Shown here one piece after another: positions 25,453 to 39,020 of a stretch of 64,000 bases of DNA. Position 1 is the first letter of the stretch, and every line of letters begins with the position of its first letter. The notes beneath the pieces are model-generated. The model did no database searches. It was given only the letters and a program-made list of their open reading frames with translations, and was not told the DNA's origin. The DNA is from Callorhinchus milii (lineage: Eukaryota). The DNA lies in contig NW_024704742.1 of the NCBI RefSeq assembly GCF_018977255.1, positions 4,962,001 to 5,026,000 on the forward strand, read 5' to 3'. The position numbers and the translations under genes were made by a program.

Positions 25453-25816
25453 CTAGAAGAGATAACAAGACAATTATAAACGTGTGCTTTCCGGGCTATC
25501 GATATCACAACTTAAATCATCATTGAAAATCTACGCCTTCAATGGAGTACACATGCATCCTATTTTTATAACCCAAATAACAGGTTCCCAATGATATTAA
25601 TATTATCATTATTATTAGTATTATCGGTTCATTAACCTGATCAAATGCAGATGGAACTCTACCCTCATGTTAAATCCTTCACTGAGTTACGATGCAGAAC
25701 CGTTTCAGCAGTGTCCCCCACCCCCTCCCCCCCAGAAACTTCACCGTTGCTCACAAGATTGTACGCAGTGGACACCATGTTATCACATCAGAGAGCATGG
25801 ATTCTGATCACTGTAC

Positions 25817-25927
25817 CTTAATGCTGCAATCAGAGCAATTTAATACAGTGTCCCTCAGCCAAAGTACTGCATCCGGAGTCCACATTCCAATGTTAAATGT
25901 CAGGTCTGCCAAGCAGCATTTTATCGC
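25817..25927 (-). CDS. TDRD7: TDRD7 coding exon 13
   Basis: [37 protein letters not shown]; 111 nt. Confidence 0.95.
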
Positions 25928-27218
25928 CTGGTAAATAAAAAAAATGCAGTCAGTTACCGGTAAAAGAATTATTAAGTGATAGAGAGATAGATTTCCAGTT
26001 CATGAATGTGGCTGTTCTCCTACAGAATCACGAGTATTTTTTGGAACATAAACACCACTTGAGGAAACTCATTTGACCGTTGTGTCAAAAACTACGACAC
26101 TAGGCCATTGCATCAGCAATGTAAACCGAAAGCACAATTTGGATTCAGGCACTCCAATGGAAACAACAACAACAACTTGGATTTATATAGCGCCCTCCAC
26201 CCCGGACGGCGTCTCAGAGCGCTTAAGAAACACAGGTATACTTCACAGACAATGACCATTTCCACTGTGTTCTTTGGTGTGATCTATCTCTCCGTTCCAA
26301 AAGCGGTCTTGAGGAAAAATAGCATCGAAGACAACAACAACTTGTATTTCACTTCACACGAGTAGGGTCTTGGGAGACGGAACGACACACAAACTGTAAC
26401 CTTACCACATCATAACCAGAACGATCAGCGTGAAGGAAAACATTAAAAGCACTTTCAGATCCTTTCAAGAGCATTCTATTACATTATAAAATTCATTGAA
26501 GTGATTTGAAAACAAAAAGCAAATCACAGAAAACAAAATCTAAATTCTTACATTTATTTTGGGCCATAAACACAACTGAAGTGCTTTCCAGCTTCAGTTT
26601 GTTTAGAAATTAAATGAATGCATTATTGAGACAAACACATCAGCTATATAAATGCAAGCTGTTGAAATCTGCACCAACAATGTCCTACAAACAACAACGA
26701 GAAGATTAGCTAATGTTTTCAAATTTCAGGATGAGTTCAAATGAGGGACTTTTCCTCAGGATAACTGAGGAAAACTATTCTCTGGAACACCCCTGAAATT
26801 CCATCCTAATTCACAGGCAGATGGGATCTAAATTAATAACTCATTTAAAAATAAAATAATCTGGAAATAATAATAATCCTTGTATTTGATATAGGTCTTA
26901 TCACGTCTTCAAGACGTCTCAAAGCGCTTCACAGAATATATTGTAAAGTGAATTGACTGTATATTTTGTAACAATACATTTGCATTTAGCATAGAATATT
27001 ATGAAGCAGCACAGCAGGCCATCTGCACCAGCAAAGTCTCACACACAATGAGATGATTTCAATTAAATTTACATTTTGGGGGTGAATTTGGATTAGGTTG
27101 GAATACTGGCAAGGACACATTAAATGCAAATCAAATCCAAGGATTATCATTATGATTATTATCAAATAATACCGTAAGGATTAATTACAGTATTATTAAT
27201 GAGTAATTAATGATTACT

Positions 27219-27526
27219 GGAGTCTTGTAGCTCAGTGGTTGGAGCACTCGCCTCGCAAGTGAGAGATCTGGGTTCGATTCCCGGCAGGGCGAAACTTTGG
27301 GCAAGTTTCCTTACTCCATACACCTGATAATAATCCCTCAAGAAAAAGAAAACAATAAATTGGTCACTTCAATCCACGACTGTTTGTGGGACGCCGCTGT
27401 GCGCAATTGGCTACGTTTTTCTCACAAATATACAGTCAATTCACTTTACAGTCTATTCTGTGAAGCGCTTTGAGACGTCGAGAAGGCGTGAAAAGCGCTA
27501 TATCAAATGCAAGGATTATTATTATT
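27219..27526 (+). mobile_element. Near full-length tRNA(Ala-like)-derived SINE with L2-type tail
   Basis: Head with A box (TAGCTCAGTGG) and B box (GGTTCGATTCC), body, stem-loop tail and (ATT)n; more than 15 partial copies in the window. Confidence 0.9.
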
Positions 27527-27586
27527 AAAGAATTATTATTATCACAGCAGCAATAACAGAGGAAGGTTTGGTATAAGGATGGTTAC

Positions 27587-27721
27587 CTGTGGTGGTATAG
27601 ATACTGACTCCTGAAGAAACGGAGAAGGGATTTCTCTGAGTTCTGATACTGCGACAGATGCAACTGTCCCAGTGTCTAAGAACATGACATCCACAACTCG
27701 GGTACCGTGCACATTGGTAAT
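27587..27721 (-). CDS. TDRD7: TDRD7 coding exon 12 (Tudor 2)
   Basis: ITNVHGTRVVDVMFLDTGTVASVAVSELREIPSPFLQESVSIPPQ; 135 nt. Confidence 0.94.
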
Positions 27722-28731
27722 CTATGAAACAAAACCATTAGCATTAACTTCCATTTTTAATCTATTAAAATACAATACACAGAGGCAGTGACCAAGACTG
27801 TAAATCCTGCTGTGACACTTAGAAAACGTGTCTGTTTTTTTTTACAGCATAATAGTTTGTAGCTCAATAGTATGAAGCGCTGGTAAGATATACAGCACTT
27901 GTCCAACACCCCCCACCAAAATACTGTGTAGACTTGGATTTGCAGGATTAAGGAGATGTTTGCAACAGGAACACTCATTACAAATAATAGAGACTTGTCC
28001 ACCATCAACAGTATTTTGCAATGCAGTTAACTTGACTGGAACTAGTTCAAACCAATGAAATCAAGTTAGCTTTTTAATGGCTTCTCTCTCTATTGGGGAG
28101 GGGAGAATAAAACAAGGTCTTTGGTTCCTCTCAGTGGTGGCACAACTGAAATCAGGAACATCCTACACGGAGGAGTCGGGTTTAAAACTATGCCCCGTCA
28201 AGGTGAACCTCATGCACACAATTATTGATCCTTTAGGTATTCATTGACTAAAAACTCAGCGACTCATGACAATTTTGAGACAATAAAGGTCATTTTTTTT
28301 AAAAGTGCTCCCATCTTAGAATAGAATCGTAGAATTATACCGCGCAGAAGAAGGCTATTCCACTCCCCTCAAAAGAAGTTCGCAGTAGCTGAAAGAAAGC
28401 CTAAAGGTAAATTATAGGTTTAAAGCTGCAAATAGCTGGAGAAAAGACTTGCAAAGCCTTGAAATCAGATAGAGAGCTAAGGCGCCGAAAATGGGGTGAG
28501 ACCATGCATTGTGTTAGAATTTATTTCGGTAGGTTTGATTTAATGCTACAATAATACTCTCCACAGGTCTACTGCGTAGCGATTGATGGCATCCTGAAGG
28601 TGTGCGGTGACCCTTACTAAATAAAAGTGCAGGACCAAGCTTAACTGCGATTCCTCTCGTATTCAAAGCGCTTGCTGCTGCTGTTGTCGTGTGAAGCTCC
28701 TCCAATGGCCCTTCTCTGCTCCGCAGAAAAG

Positions 28732-29500
28732 CAACAACAACTTGCACTTATATAGCGCCCTCCACGAGAGTAGAGTCTCAGAGCGTTTAACAGTGGCAGA
28801 GCCTGACTCCGAGCCGGGGGAGTGGGGGCGGGGGGAAAAAGTGGCCGTAAGCATGGTCGAAGAGGAAGGTTTTCAGGCATGACTTGAAAAGGGGAAGAGG
28901 GGGCAAGACGGGGGGATTGAGGGAGAGCGTTCCAGTGTTTCGGGGCGTAGTGACTGAAAGCGCAACCTCCGATGGTGGGGCAGAGGGTGTGAAGGACAAG
29001 CAGGAGCCGGTGTCAGTTGAGCGGAGGCACCGGTTGGTGGATTGGGCAGTGAGGAGGTCGGAGAGGTAGGGAGGTGACAAGGAGTGAAGGGATTTGAACA
29101 CGAGTGTGAGGATCTTGAAGTCGATCAGTTCGGTGATGGGGAGCCAGTGGAGCCTGGGCCAGAACTGGTGTGATGAGGTTACAGAGTTTGGTTCGGGGTC
29201 AGTATGCGGGCGGCAGAGTTTTGAATGAGCTGATCTTGTGAATGTTGGAGCTGGGGAGACCGACGAGGAGTGGGTTGGAGTAATCCAAGCGGGAGGTGAC
29301 AAACACATGCACGAGGGTTTCGGCTGCATTTGGGGTAAAGTACAGTCGGAGGCAGGCAATGTGGCGGAGGTGGAAGAAGGCGGTCTCGGTCAGGGACCGG
29401 ATGTGGGGGGGGGAAGGAAGGACAGCTGGGGGTCGAACTGGACATCCAGATTGTGCAATGGTTCGGTGAGTCTGAGGGAGAGCCTAGGGAGGTTGAGGAG
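28732..29500 (-). mobile_element. L2 LINE 3' fragment
   Basis: IQNSAARIL and RLHWLPITELIDFKILTLVFKSLHSLSPPYLSDLL in shifted frames. Confidence 0.9.
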
Positions 29501-29698
29501 TTGAGAACCGCAGGATTAGTTTAAGACACTAGCTTGAGTCACTACCTTCAGGAAGGGACAACATAGGGTAACATATAACATGGGGGTGGACGTGAATACA
29601 ACATTTCCATTTCCAGCGAAAGCAGATAAAAACATGCCACAAAAAAAGAACATGCAATATGGCATTTCTCCTCAGGTCATTCTAATTCACATACGTAC

Positions 29699-29785
29699 CT
29701 CTACTCGTGCCCATTTCCCTCTGCTTCGAGCCAAGCACCGCTTGCCACAGAAAGGCAATGAAACAAAGTATTCTGATGTAATTTG
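29699..29785 (-). CDS. TDRD7: TDRD7 coding exon 11 (Tudor 2)
   Basis: [29 protein letters not shown]; 87 nt; preceded by a 95-nt intron (29786-29880). Confidence 0.93.
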
Positions 29786-29880
29786 CTGGAATGGAAAAAC
29801 AAAGGGTAATGGGTTTATCTGGCGTCCGGCAAAAGCGGATTCCACTGTAATTTTGACACTTATCTGCAGATGAAACTTAC

Positions 29881-30015
29881 CCGGGAGTTAAAGTAATATT
29901 CAACTTTATCCAGTAAGGCGTTAAGCCTATTCCACCCCTTTGAGGGGACCTGACAATAAATGGTCCCATCCGAACACACGTTTGTAACCACCACGTTCAG
30001 GTAAACACCATTTTC
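29881..30015 (-). CDS. TDRD7: TDRD7 coding exon 10
   Basis: [45 protein letters not shown]; 135 nt; GTAAGT donor. Confidence 0.95.
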
Positions 30016-31392
30016 CTGCAGGAAAAAGAAATGCACATTGAGATACTTTGTAAAAATGTCAGTCCACAAAGCAGATTTTGAAGTCTGAACTTAATTTCTC
30101 GGCACATTTATCAAATTGCTCATATCAAGCAGCTTCTCATTAGAATGCCCATTATATTAAATGACTGTACATAGAGGAAACGTCTGAGATCGACTAGTTT
30201 TGAGTTGAGGCATTTATTTTCCCCATTTTGTTTACAATTTACGCTATCAGGAATCTTTTTTCACCAGCTACATTTTTAAGTCAGAAATTCGAGAAACCGT
30301 AGTCTCGTTGCAGCAAACGCTGAACCAACACTTCCAATGAGTCAATAGATTAAATCATTGCTTCATGTTGCACAGTGGCATACACAGCTGCTCCAATGGC
30401 TCAACAACTTTAATTCAATGAGTATCTGAATTATATATGTGCGATGCCTCATCTTTGCTGAGTTAGTTGATCTCAGTTGGAATGACACGAGAGGAAACCT
30501 GAACTGACAAGAACCTCACTCTTGAACACCAGTGCCATCTGCTGGAGCTGGACATGTGTGGATGTCGTGTGATGACCGGCTTGTTCTCAGCTGTGGAGCC
30601 CCTACGGTTAAGTTACCCACTTGTGCATCATCACCTGGGTAAAATACCGGAGGTTATTCATGGAACCCTAACTGCAACAGATTTACATTGATATACCGGC
30701 CTTCACATTGGGAGGATGTCCCACAGCGCTGAAACTGTACCCCGTAGAAGGAAGAAAGCAAATAACGTCAGGAGAGAGAAACCCTCCTCTCTCTCCGCCC
30801 CCCTCCCCACCCACCAATCCCCCACCCCACTGCCGCCCATAAAACCGAAACTATAACCAGTTCAGGTTCAGTCCGTGGTCTGTCTTGAGTTAATCACAAT
30901 CATGCAGTGGTCCCAGGCAAGGGAGAGGCGAAAATACACACCAACCCCAGTATAATGTGAGTATAGCGCAGCTGCAGTGGACCAGAAATACACTGCACTT
31001 CCAGTCATGCCTGCCTGGCTTCCTGCACACACGGGAAGTGCCGCTGACATATCCTGCGTGTTGCACATGCACGCCACTTTGCGCAGGAAGTGACATCGGC
31101 AATGTTTCCCCGGTATAGGATTCTAACAGGGCCACCTTTATCAGACACTGGATAAAAAAAAAACATTTCAGATAAAAAAAAATTCCAGAAAAATGTATTG
31201 GAAAGAGTCACTGAGAAACTACATGAGAATTAAAGGGGGAATCTGGAAAGGCTACGATCAATGGGTTAAAAAGAACATGCAGTGATTAAGCTTCCCCAGT
31301 TGACTACACTGGCTTTGGATCACTGATTTTCTGGCATACCTTAGCCTTTGAGAACTGGTACTGAGCTTTCTCTCTCTCTAAAAAAAAATTAC

Positions 31393-31595
31393 CTTCAAAT
31401 TCAGTTCAAGTGTCTTGTAATGCAAGGCCTTCAGACATGCAGTGTTGATGTTAAAATCATCATCTCCTGAAGTGTCATATAGAAGAACAAGTGGGACCTC
31501 CCTCCTTTCTAAAATTTCCATGAGCAGTATCTTTCCGCAGGCCAGAGTTTCAAAGGATTCTAACACACATGGCTCTTTGCAGAACGGCTCAAGAC
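31393..31595 (-). CDS. TDRD7: TDRD7 coding exon 9
   Basis: LEPFCKEPCVLESFETLACGKILLMEILERREVPLVLLYDTSGDDDFNINTACLKALHYKTLELNLK; 203 nt. Confidence 0.95.
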
Positions 31596-32635
31596 CTAAA
31601 ACACAAACAGCTCCATCTTAAACAACCAATGTTGCTCACATTCTCCAGTTGTGTCAACTGTATAAAGAGGTGAGATCGATATCACTATTATACAGTCTAT
31701 TGCAATTACATAACATTTGGTAAGGATGAATAAATGCTTGAGAATGGGCTGTTGATGTAAGGGATGAATACTCCAATTTCACTTTGTGCCTCTCTCCCAA
31801 TCACTAAAATAGTTGTTTTTGTTTAACATTGATTATATTAATATTTGAGGAATAGTGTAGAAGAAAAAGACAGTTATATAAAAATAGGGATATAAGCAGT
31901 TCTGGCAAAATGTATTGGCTAGATGACTAAACCGTCAGATTAGCTTCAATTATAACTTTCATATATTATTGATAGTATAATTACACTATCATTTAATGCA
32001 ATAGTGTTCACCCAGTAAAGTGAGGTTAAAACAATACATATCAAATTATTAAATAACTGCACATCTTTAATAGTATCAATTTTGCCAGATTGTTTCTATT
32101 TTAGTTTTTCAGGTCCAGTGATGTTAGAAATATTAGTTCTGACGTGCAACAATTATTACTTTGAGTTGAAAGTAAAGTCTTAAAATGTAAAGTATCAGCT
32201 TGTTATCTCATATGGATGACGGTCTAATATTTGTGCAGTTAGATTGAGCCTTCAGGGAGAACGATTTTCCCATCCTCACTTAAAGGGCAAGTTTTGTTAT
32301 AAATAAATTCATTCCAATTTTAGTAGCAATTAATTACAACACTGAGCTCAGCCAAACAGAAACTTCTTTTTTTTCTGTTTCCTGAACGCACAAAGTATAC
32401 AGTTAGCATTTAGCAAAGTAATTGAATTTGAACCTTTCAATTACTATTTTATTAATGTACATGATAAGACAGGAAAAAGTGCTGGCGTTCACACCACTAT
32501 TTGGTGGGCATGCAAACTGTACTTGGGTGAAAAGTTGAAAGCTATTTTAGCATTTCACCAGAAGGTACACAGAATCACACAGAGTAGTAAAGTAACCAGT
32601 TATCCTTTACAACAGTATGACCTGGTTCCACTTAC

Positions 32636-32747
32636 CTGCCAGTTTACATTTTGCAGCTTGAAAGGGCAAGGAGCAAAATTTTCCATCCAACTTGTGAAGC
32701 TTCATCCTGTCAACAATTTCATTAAATCCATGATCTACAAAAAACAC
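32636..32747 (-). CDS. TDRD7: TDRD7 coding exon 8 (Tudor 1)
   Basis: VFFVDHGFNEIVDRMKLHKLDGKFCSLPFQAAKCKLA(G); Tudor VDxG motif; 112 nt; GTAAGT donor. Confidence 0.95.
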
Positions 32748-33039
32748 CTGAAATGACATTTCAATGTATTTATACGGCTAGAAATCAGGTTGCAGGTACC
32801 AAAAAAACACTTCAGCGATAATTTTAGCAATTGTAAAAAAAAACGACAAGTATGCACATAATTGTAAACATCATCATGCAAAAGGCAGTTGAGTTCTTAA
32901 AAAGGTCATTTTAATTATTTTCAAAACTCATACATGAAGGAATTATGGATAAGAGATTGAACGTGGAAACTGGATAGTGAATGTTCAGTTTTTCATACTT
33001 TACAAAATGAGCCAGATATGGGAATAAAGAGGAGTATTT

Positions 33040-34270
33040 TTAATGTTTGCTGATGATGTAAAGCAGAGGCTGTTGTAAATTGTAAAAACAGTGGAAACTT
33101 ACAAAGCGACAGGTAGATTAAGTAAGTAGATTGATCTACAGTAGACTGAATTTAACCTCGAGTTAGAGAGAGTAGACTTTGGAACAGGAACAGTAGATTG
33201 GTTTACGTTTTAATTTGGGGAAGCAGTAATAGGTATAATAATTATTAGGTATAATAAAACGCCACCAAAATGACATTTGTATTGTGTCTTTCACGTCGGG
33301 AGGATGTCCCAAGGCGCTGGACAATCAGGGTTTCGGACCCGAGCTGAGGGTCGGGAAGGATGGAGGGGTGGGGGGGCGCGGGTAGAAGGGTGACCAAAGG
33401 TACAGTCGAAGAGGAGGGTCTTAATACACGTCTTGAAGGATGCAAGGGAGGGGAGCGGTGGAGGGACTGCGGGATGGAGTTCCAGAAGGTGGGGGCAGAG
33501 CGGCTGAAAAGGCCCGCCCGCCAATGGTGGTGCGGACGAGGCGGGGGACGTGAAGCAGGCCAGAGCCCGCTAAGCGGAGGGAACGGGCAGGTTGGTAGGG
33601 GGATTGGAGGTTGCAGAGGTAATAATAATCCTCGCATTTGATATAGCGCCTTATCACGTCTTTGAGTCGTCTCAAAGCGCTTCACAGAATATACTGTAAA
33701 GTGAATCGATTGTGAAAGGTAGACATCAACAAAGAGCTTTAGGGGTCTAAATCCATAAATGGATAAAACCTAAGTTGCAGGTCTGTAAAGGAATTAATAC
33801 AGCAAATGGGATGCGGGAATTCCTAACCAGGTGTTTGGACTGTAAAAGCAGAGAAATGCTGTTTCAGTTATTCAGAATGCTGTTCGGAAGCTCATTTTGA
33901 ATATTGGGTTCAGTTTTAAGCATTTAAATAAAGAAGGATTTACTAGTTTAATGTAGATTCATTAGATGAATAAATGGGATGGTGGCATTTAGCTATGATG
34001 TGAGCCTGAGTATATTGAAAAGTACTGACGAGGTTGAGGGGGTAATCTGATCGCAGTGTTTGAAATAACAAGGTAGAATTAAAAAGAAGGTTAATGGATG
34101 ACTTCCCTGTGGCTGAACCCAAAACTAGGGTCCATCATTTTAACTTAGATCTAGGAAGGTTCGAAGTGAGATCAGAAAACATTTCTTCAGACAGAGGGTT
34201 GTGAAAATTTGGAATTTGCTAAGAAGAAGCAGAATCCAATGAGATGTTTAAAATGGGGATAGATACATCG
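33040..34270 (+). mobile_element. Old CR1 LINE fragment interrupted by a younger L2 and SINE (about 33245-33712)
   Basis: Degraded RT and 3' CR1 sequence (TTTGCTGATGAT...; AAACATTTCTTCAGACAGAGGGTTGTG) on both sides of the nested repeats. Confidence 0.6.
33265..33712 (-). mobile_element. L2 3' fragment joined to a tRNA-SINE tail
   Basis: L2 33265-33615 (PYQPARSLR...IGGRAFS), then SINE tail 33620-33712. Confidence 0.85.
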
Positions 34271-34811
34271 GAACAGGAAGAGGCCATTCAGCCTGTCCTG
34301 TCATTTTACTGAATCAGAGAATCTCTCAATGGAGATACTGCCCAACTGAGTTTATTATTACAATAACTTTTTTCTCATTTGAAGATGATTGAATTGTCTG
34401 AACTCTAGAAATGGAACAGTTAGAGATGTTTTAGGTGCTGTATATGAAGTACAGTTAATAAAACACATTTTCCCTTTTGGCTTCAACCTCTGCTACCCAT
34501 CACTGTCAATCAGAGCAATAGGAATCTAGCCACCGTAGTCTGAGCTCACAACAATGCAAACACCCAGAGGTTATATTCTAAGGCACTAGTCTTCAAAGTC
34601 TGCTGTAATTCAACCTCGATTGCCGCTAACCTACAACAGCATATCGAGAGTAAAGAACTCGGCTGGCATATTTAGGGGACATCAAGACCTGAGATAGCTG
34701 AAGAAGACTAGTTTAAAGATGGGAATTTTCTGCACTTGGATCAGAAGGTGAAAATTTAAATCTGGTTCTTCATATACACAGAGGGTCACCTGGAACAAAA
34801 TTTATCAGTAC

Positions 34812-35001
34812 CTTCACTTTTGTTGCCTCCACTTCAACTATCTGCGCTCTTAGCCATGAATCCTCTTCAGCACTGACAGCTACAAGCTGCCCAACACTTT
34901 GGGAGTTTAGTGGCACCATAGGATTATCACTATTAGTGAAATGCTCTTTCATGGCATCTTCAATTTGTTCAAGAGCACCAGAATATTCCGGTCCAATGTA
35001 C
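34812..35001 (-). CDS. TDRD7: TDRD7 coding exon 7 (Tudor 1)
   Basis: YIGPEYSGALEQIEDAMKEHF...VGQLVAVSAEEDSWLRAQIVEVEATKVK; 190 nt, AG/GT flanks. Confidence 0.95.
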
Positions 35002-36212
35002 CTGGTGGGGAAACATGCATCTGCTTAAAAACAAGTTCTGAACGAAGTTAAACCTTTCACTGCTCCAATTGTATTTATTTTTTAAATTTATTTTAATCGC
35101 TCAGCATTGCAATAAATATCAGTGAACTCAGGTGACTTTTTGGTATGTATGAAACTAATTTAAACAGTGAAGTGTAAGGGTTGCTGATGTCTTGTGCTTA
35201 GAGAGATGAGTTGACAATAATTGTGCACTGAATGGAGATAGTTGAGAAATGAAGCTTTCACAACCAGTGTTACCACCAAGAAGTCCAGGTCAACTACCCC
35301 ACACTCCCTCTATACTCTTTGCAGTTTGTTTTAAACTTACCCTCTGCTGCACAAGTGGGCATTTTATATTTTCCCTGCACCAGGGGAGGGGAAGAAAAAT
35401 TCTATTTTAGTTTTGCTTTAAACGAATTGGTTATAAAAAACATTTATGACCCACATACATTACTCAGAGGTCTAAAATCGGTCGGTCTACATCAGCTGGC
35501 AAGATGCCTCAATGCTGCCCTGCAGTTTGATATTTTATACAATGTTGTGCAGTGTAAAATAAGGGATGCACCAACAGTAAAGGTATTCAAATCGCAAGCA
35601 GAATATTTTAAGTTAGAATACATAAACGTTAATATATAAGTAAATTGCGTAGGCTTATACATCCTACGTTTCCAATATTATGACCATTCTCATTCTTTTC
35701 AGTATGTCTTTTAAGAGAAAACTATTTTGGCTAACAATTGAGACCTTCTAAGCCCAATAACTATTTATAGTGAGAATACTGGATGATGTGCTATAAACTG
35801 TGAGGAAGTCATATTCTATACATCTATACCTTTTTACTTTTGAATATTGTTCTGGCCCTTACTAGATGACAAAATATGATAAATCAACAAATGTTCTCTT
35901 GGAATACTTTAGTCAAAAAAGCAAGTAAATTGAGAAAACATTACTCATTTAATTATATCTAAAATTTTTCTATTCTATGTGTCACTAGTATATTGCATTA
36001 TCTGTAGTGTTGCATTTCTAATGGAGATTGAATAATTTTTACATTACATTCTTATTTGTTCAAAGTAATGCACACAAATTTGTCATTTTGAGTGGAGAGG
36101 TAAGAGGAACTGAATACAAGAACATATCTTCAAGAACCTTAGCAAGCTCTACTGCAAATTCTACCCATTTCAAAGGATATTACCATGTCCCCAAAAAGCC
36201 AATATGAGCTTT

Positions 36213-36620
36213 GATAACCCCATCAGACCAGTCCTTGTCAGGCTCCACTGGCTCCTACTTACCGACCGGATCGTTTTCAAGCTCCTCACTCGTTCTCAAA
36301 TCCATTCAGGCCCTCGCACCTCCCTACCTATCCGATTTGCTTCCCACCCCCCACCCGCTGCCTCTGCTTGGCTGGCTCCGGCCTCCTGTTTGTTCCTCGT
36401 CCCTTCCACCGACACTGGCTGTGCTTTCAGCCACCGCGCCCTAAAACTGTGGAACTCTCTCCCCCGATCTCTTCCCCTTGCTCCCGCCCCACTTTCAAAT
36501 CACGCCTAAAGACCTTCCTCTTTGATCGTGCTTGCAGTCACCTCCCGCTCCTCCATGGTCAAGTGCTCCGGGACTCTACCCGTGCGAAGGGCGCTATGTA
36601 AATGCAAGTTGTTGTCGTTG
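36213..36620 (+). mobile_element. L2 LINE 3' fragment
   Basis: PVLVRLHWLLLTDRIVFKLL; 3' end GCGAAGGGCGCTATGTAAATGCAAG(TTG)n. Confidence 0.85.
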
Positions 36621-36745
36621 ATGAAGATTACGTTTCAATAAAAGCTTAAATTTACCCTCTATTGGTTTGATTAAGTTATCACTAATAAAGTTCACCTCCT
36701 TTCTGCGTTAATCTGGATAAATGGCACATGTTGAGAAGGTCTCAC

Positions 36746-37461
36746 CTTATGACAGCTTCATCAGTGGTGTTCAGTTCAACCACCAAGACAGATGGGAACT
36801 GTTCCACTGGAATGCTTAGAGGGAGAGGAAGTGGCTGCACAGTGCAAGTTTCTGTAAATTCGTGAGAAATCAAAGCCATTTCATTTTCAGCTAATGCAAG
36901 GAGGTCAGTATTAACACAGGTTTTATGAGGTGTACGAAGTCCTACACCAGTGCCATCCTCATTGATCTTCTCGCTTTTCACATCTGGTTTCACCAAAGCA
37001 GTGGGAGTCACTGGTACAGGAGAGGGAATCTCTCGTGGTTTCTCACTTTGCTCGTCATCGTTCTTTGTTGCTTTTGCGTAAAGAATTGCCTTTTTGCGAT
37101 CACCAGACACTGCATAATCCACGGTGCAAATCTCAGACAAACAGTCAAGATTATCCAAAATATTCTGAGGAAACTGCATCTTGTAGGTTTCTTCAAACAA
37201 CTTTGGCAGTGCGTTGGCCCAAAGACCACTGCTGTACTTTTGCAACAACTCAATTAAGTTTTCTTTTATATCCGTGTCTGTTGCAGGTTGGGTTTTAGCT
37301 GCAGCTTGCTTTCCTCCTTGAGTGACAGGTTTGTTGGAAACTGAAGCCTCCTGGTTCTTGTCAGCCGTCTTCTGGTTAAAGCTCCCCTTCCTTTGCGCGT
37401 GACCACTCTTTGCAGGATAAAGTAGCAATTCTGCCAAACCGCTGCCAGATGACTTTTCAAC
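36746..37461 (-). CDS. TDRD7: TDRD7 coding exon 6 (LOTUS domain 3 and linker)
   Basis: VEKSSG...IKENLIELLQKYSSGLWANALPKLFEETYK...FPSVLVVELNTTDEAVI(R); CAG acceptor, GTGAGA donor; 716 nt, phase 0 to 2. Confidence 0.95.
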
Positions 37462-38767
37462 CTGAACAAGAAAAAGTAAGGAACAGATGTTCAGTTCATC
37501 CAAAAAGTAAAAATATGGAAGTTGTTGGCAGCAAGAGATGTTGCTGTCTTCCTTCTCACCCAAAAATAAAACTGCATGTGATACACAAAGCACGGAATGT
37601 CCCACAGGGAGTTTTTATTAATCAGACTAATAGCAGTGGCAAGCAAATCACTTTAAAGATCAAACTGAAGCCAATAATGCAAACTAAATAATTGGGGTAA
37701 GTTCATTCTGCTCTAACCTCAGGATGACGAAGCTTGATTCAAAAGTACCATTACCACCAAAGAAACTGTCCTTGAGATGGCTCCTCAACGACTTGGTGGT
37801 AATCAGTGTCACACAGACCTGAGTGAGAGAAACCAAGGTTCCTTCTGCCTATTCATGGGTGGTAAAGGTCCCAGGGCACGAAGGAGTTTATACTGGTGTC
37901 CTCCAAATTACATTGGTCACTTCATAGATGCTTTTGGGACATTGCTGTGCACAAATTGGCTGCTGTGGTCACCTACAAAATACACAGTAACTACACTTTA
38001 CAGTAAATCCGGTGAAGCGCTTCGAGGCATCCTCCTGATGTGAAAGGTGCCACACAAAAAAAAAAGTGCAAGGATTAAATGGTCAGGTGAAAAAATGGTG
38101 CCAATATGGAACAAGGTGTTCTCAGTTTGCATAATAAAGCTTCCGTCTATTCTTGAGTCGTCACTGAGTACATCTGGTCCCATGTGCTAAAGGCACTAAT
38201 GCAAATCAACAGATATTGTACATTCAAACATTTGTGCAATATGCTTTTTAATCTCAAATTCATCAACTCATGTGGTGAACTCATTTCTCTCTCCATTGAA
38301 GGCTAAAATATTCCCCACTCCTTCAACCAAAATCTCAATAGCTAACCCTTCCACTATCACAGGAGTCAATTTCATACTAATGGGAGGCAGAGCTGGTGAG
38401 GAAAAGTCAAACAAGTTAAACGGTTACAGAATAGTCTTATTCTCATGGAGTTTGCAGGAAAGCTTTGCCTTCCTTGGTATGCAACTAACTTAATGTGTGA
38501 GGCTGGTTGGAGAACAGTAATGGAATCATGGAGGAGGTGAGGTGGTGTAAGGGTTTTTGAAGAGAGAATTATAAATTAACAACCGCCAACAAATGTCAGT
38601 GTACATAAAGGATAAAGCAGAGAAGGCAGGAGAGAAAATTAAAGAAAAATTAGGAGAGGAATTACAGAATAAGAAAAGGCCAGAAAACGAAGTGCAATAA
38701 AGACATTCACAAAAGCAAGAAAATTGTAGAAAGTTTACAGCACACAAATACTATTCAGTCCATGTCA

Positions 38768-39020
38768 TCAACAACAACAACATTCCATTTAGAGAGCGCC
38801 TTTCACGTCGGGAGGACGTCCCAAGGCGCTGTACAGTTGGGTCAGGAGCCGAGCATTGAGGGGAAATGGTCAGGGTGAGGGGAGGGAAGGGAGGGGGCGA
38901 GGAGGGGGTAGAGAGTCGAGAGCGGAGCTGAAGGCTCGGTCAAAGAGAAAGGTCTTGAGACCGGCCTTGGAGGAAAGGGAGGAGGCGGCGAAGGCACTGG
39001 GGGATAGCGTTCCAGAGCGA
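38768..39020 (-). mobile_element. L2 LINE 3' fragment
   Basis: Very similar to the 39966-40250 copy. Confidence 0.85.

Noticed and set aside
27219..27292. tRNA-Ala-like cloverleaf (also at about 700-776 and 58100-58172)
   Set aside because: It runs directly into the SINE body and tail with no Pol III terminator and the copies are diverged, so these are SINE heads, not tRNA genes
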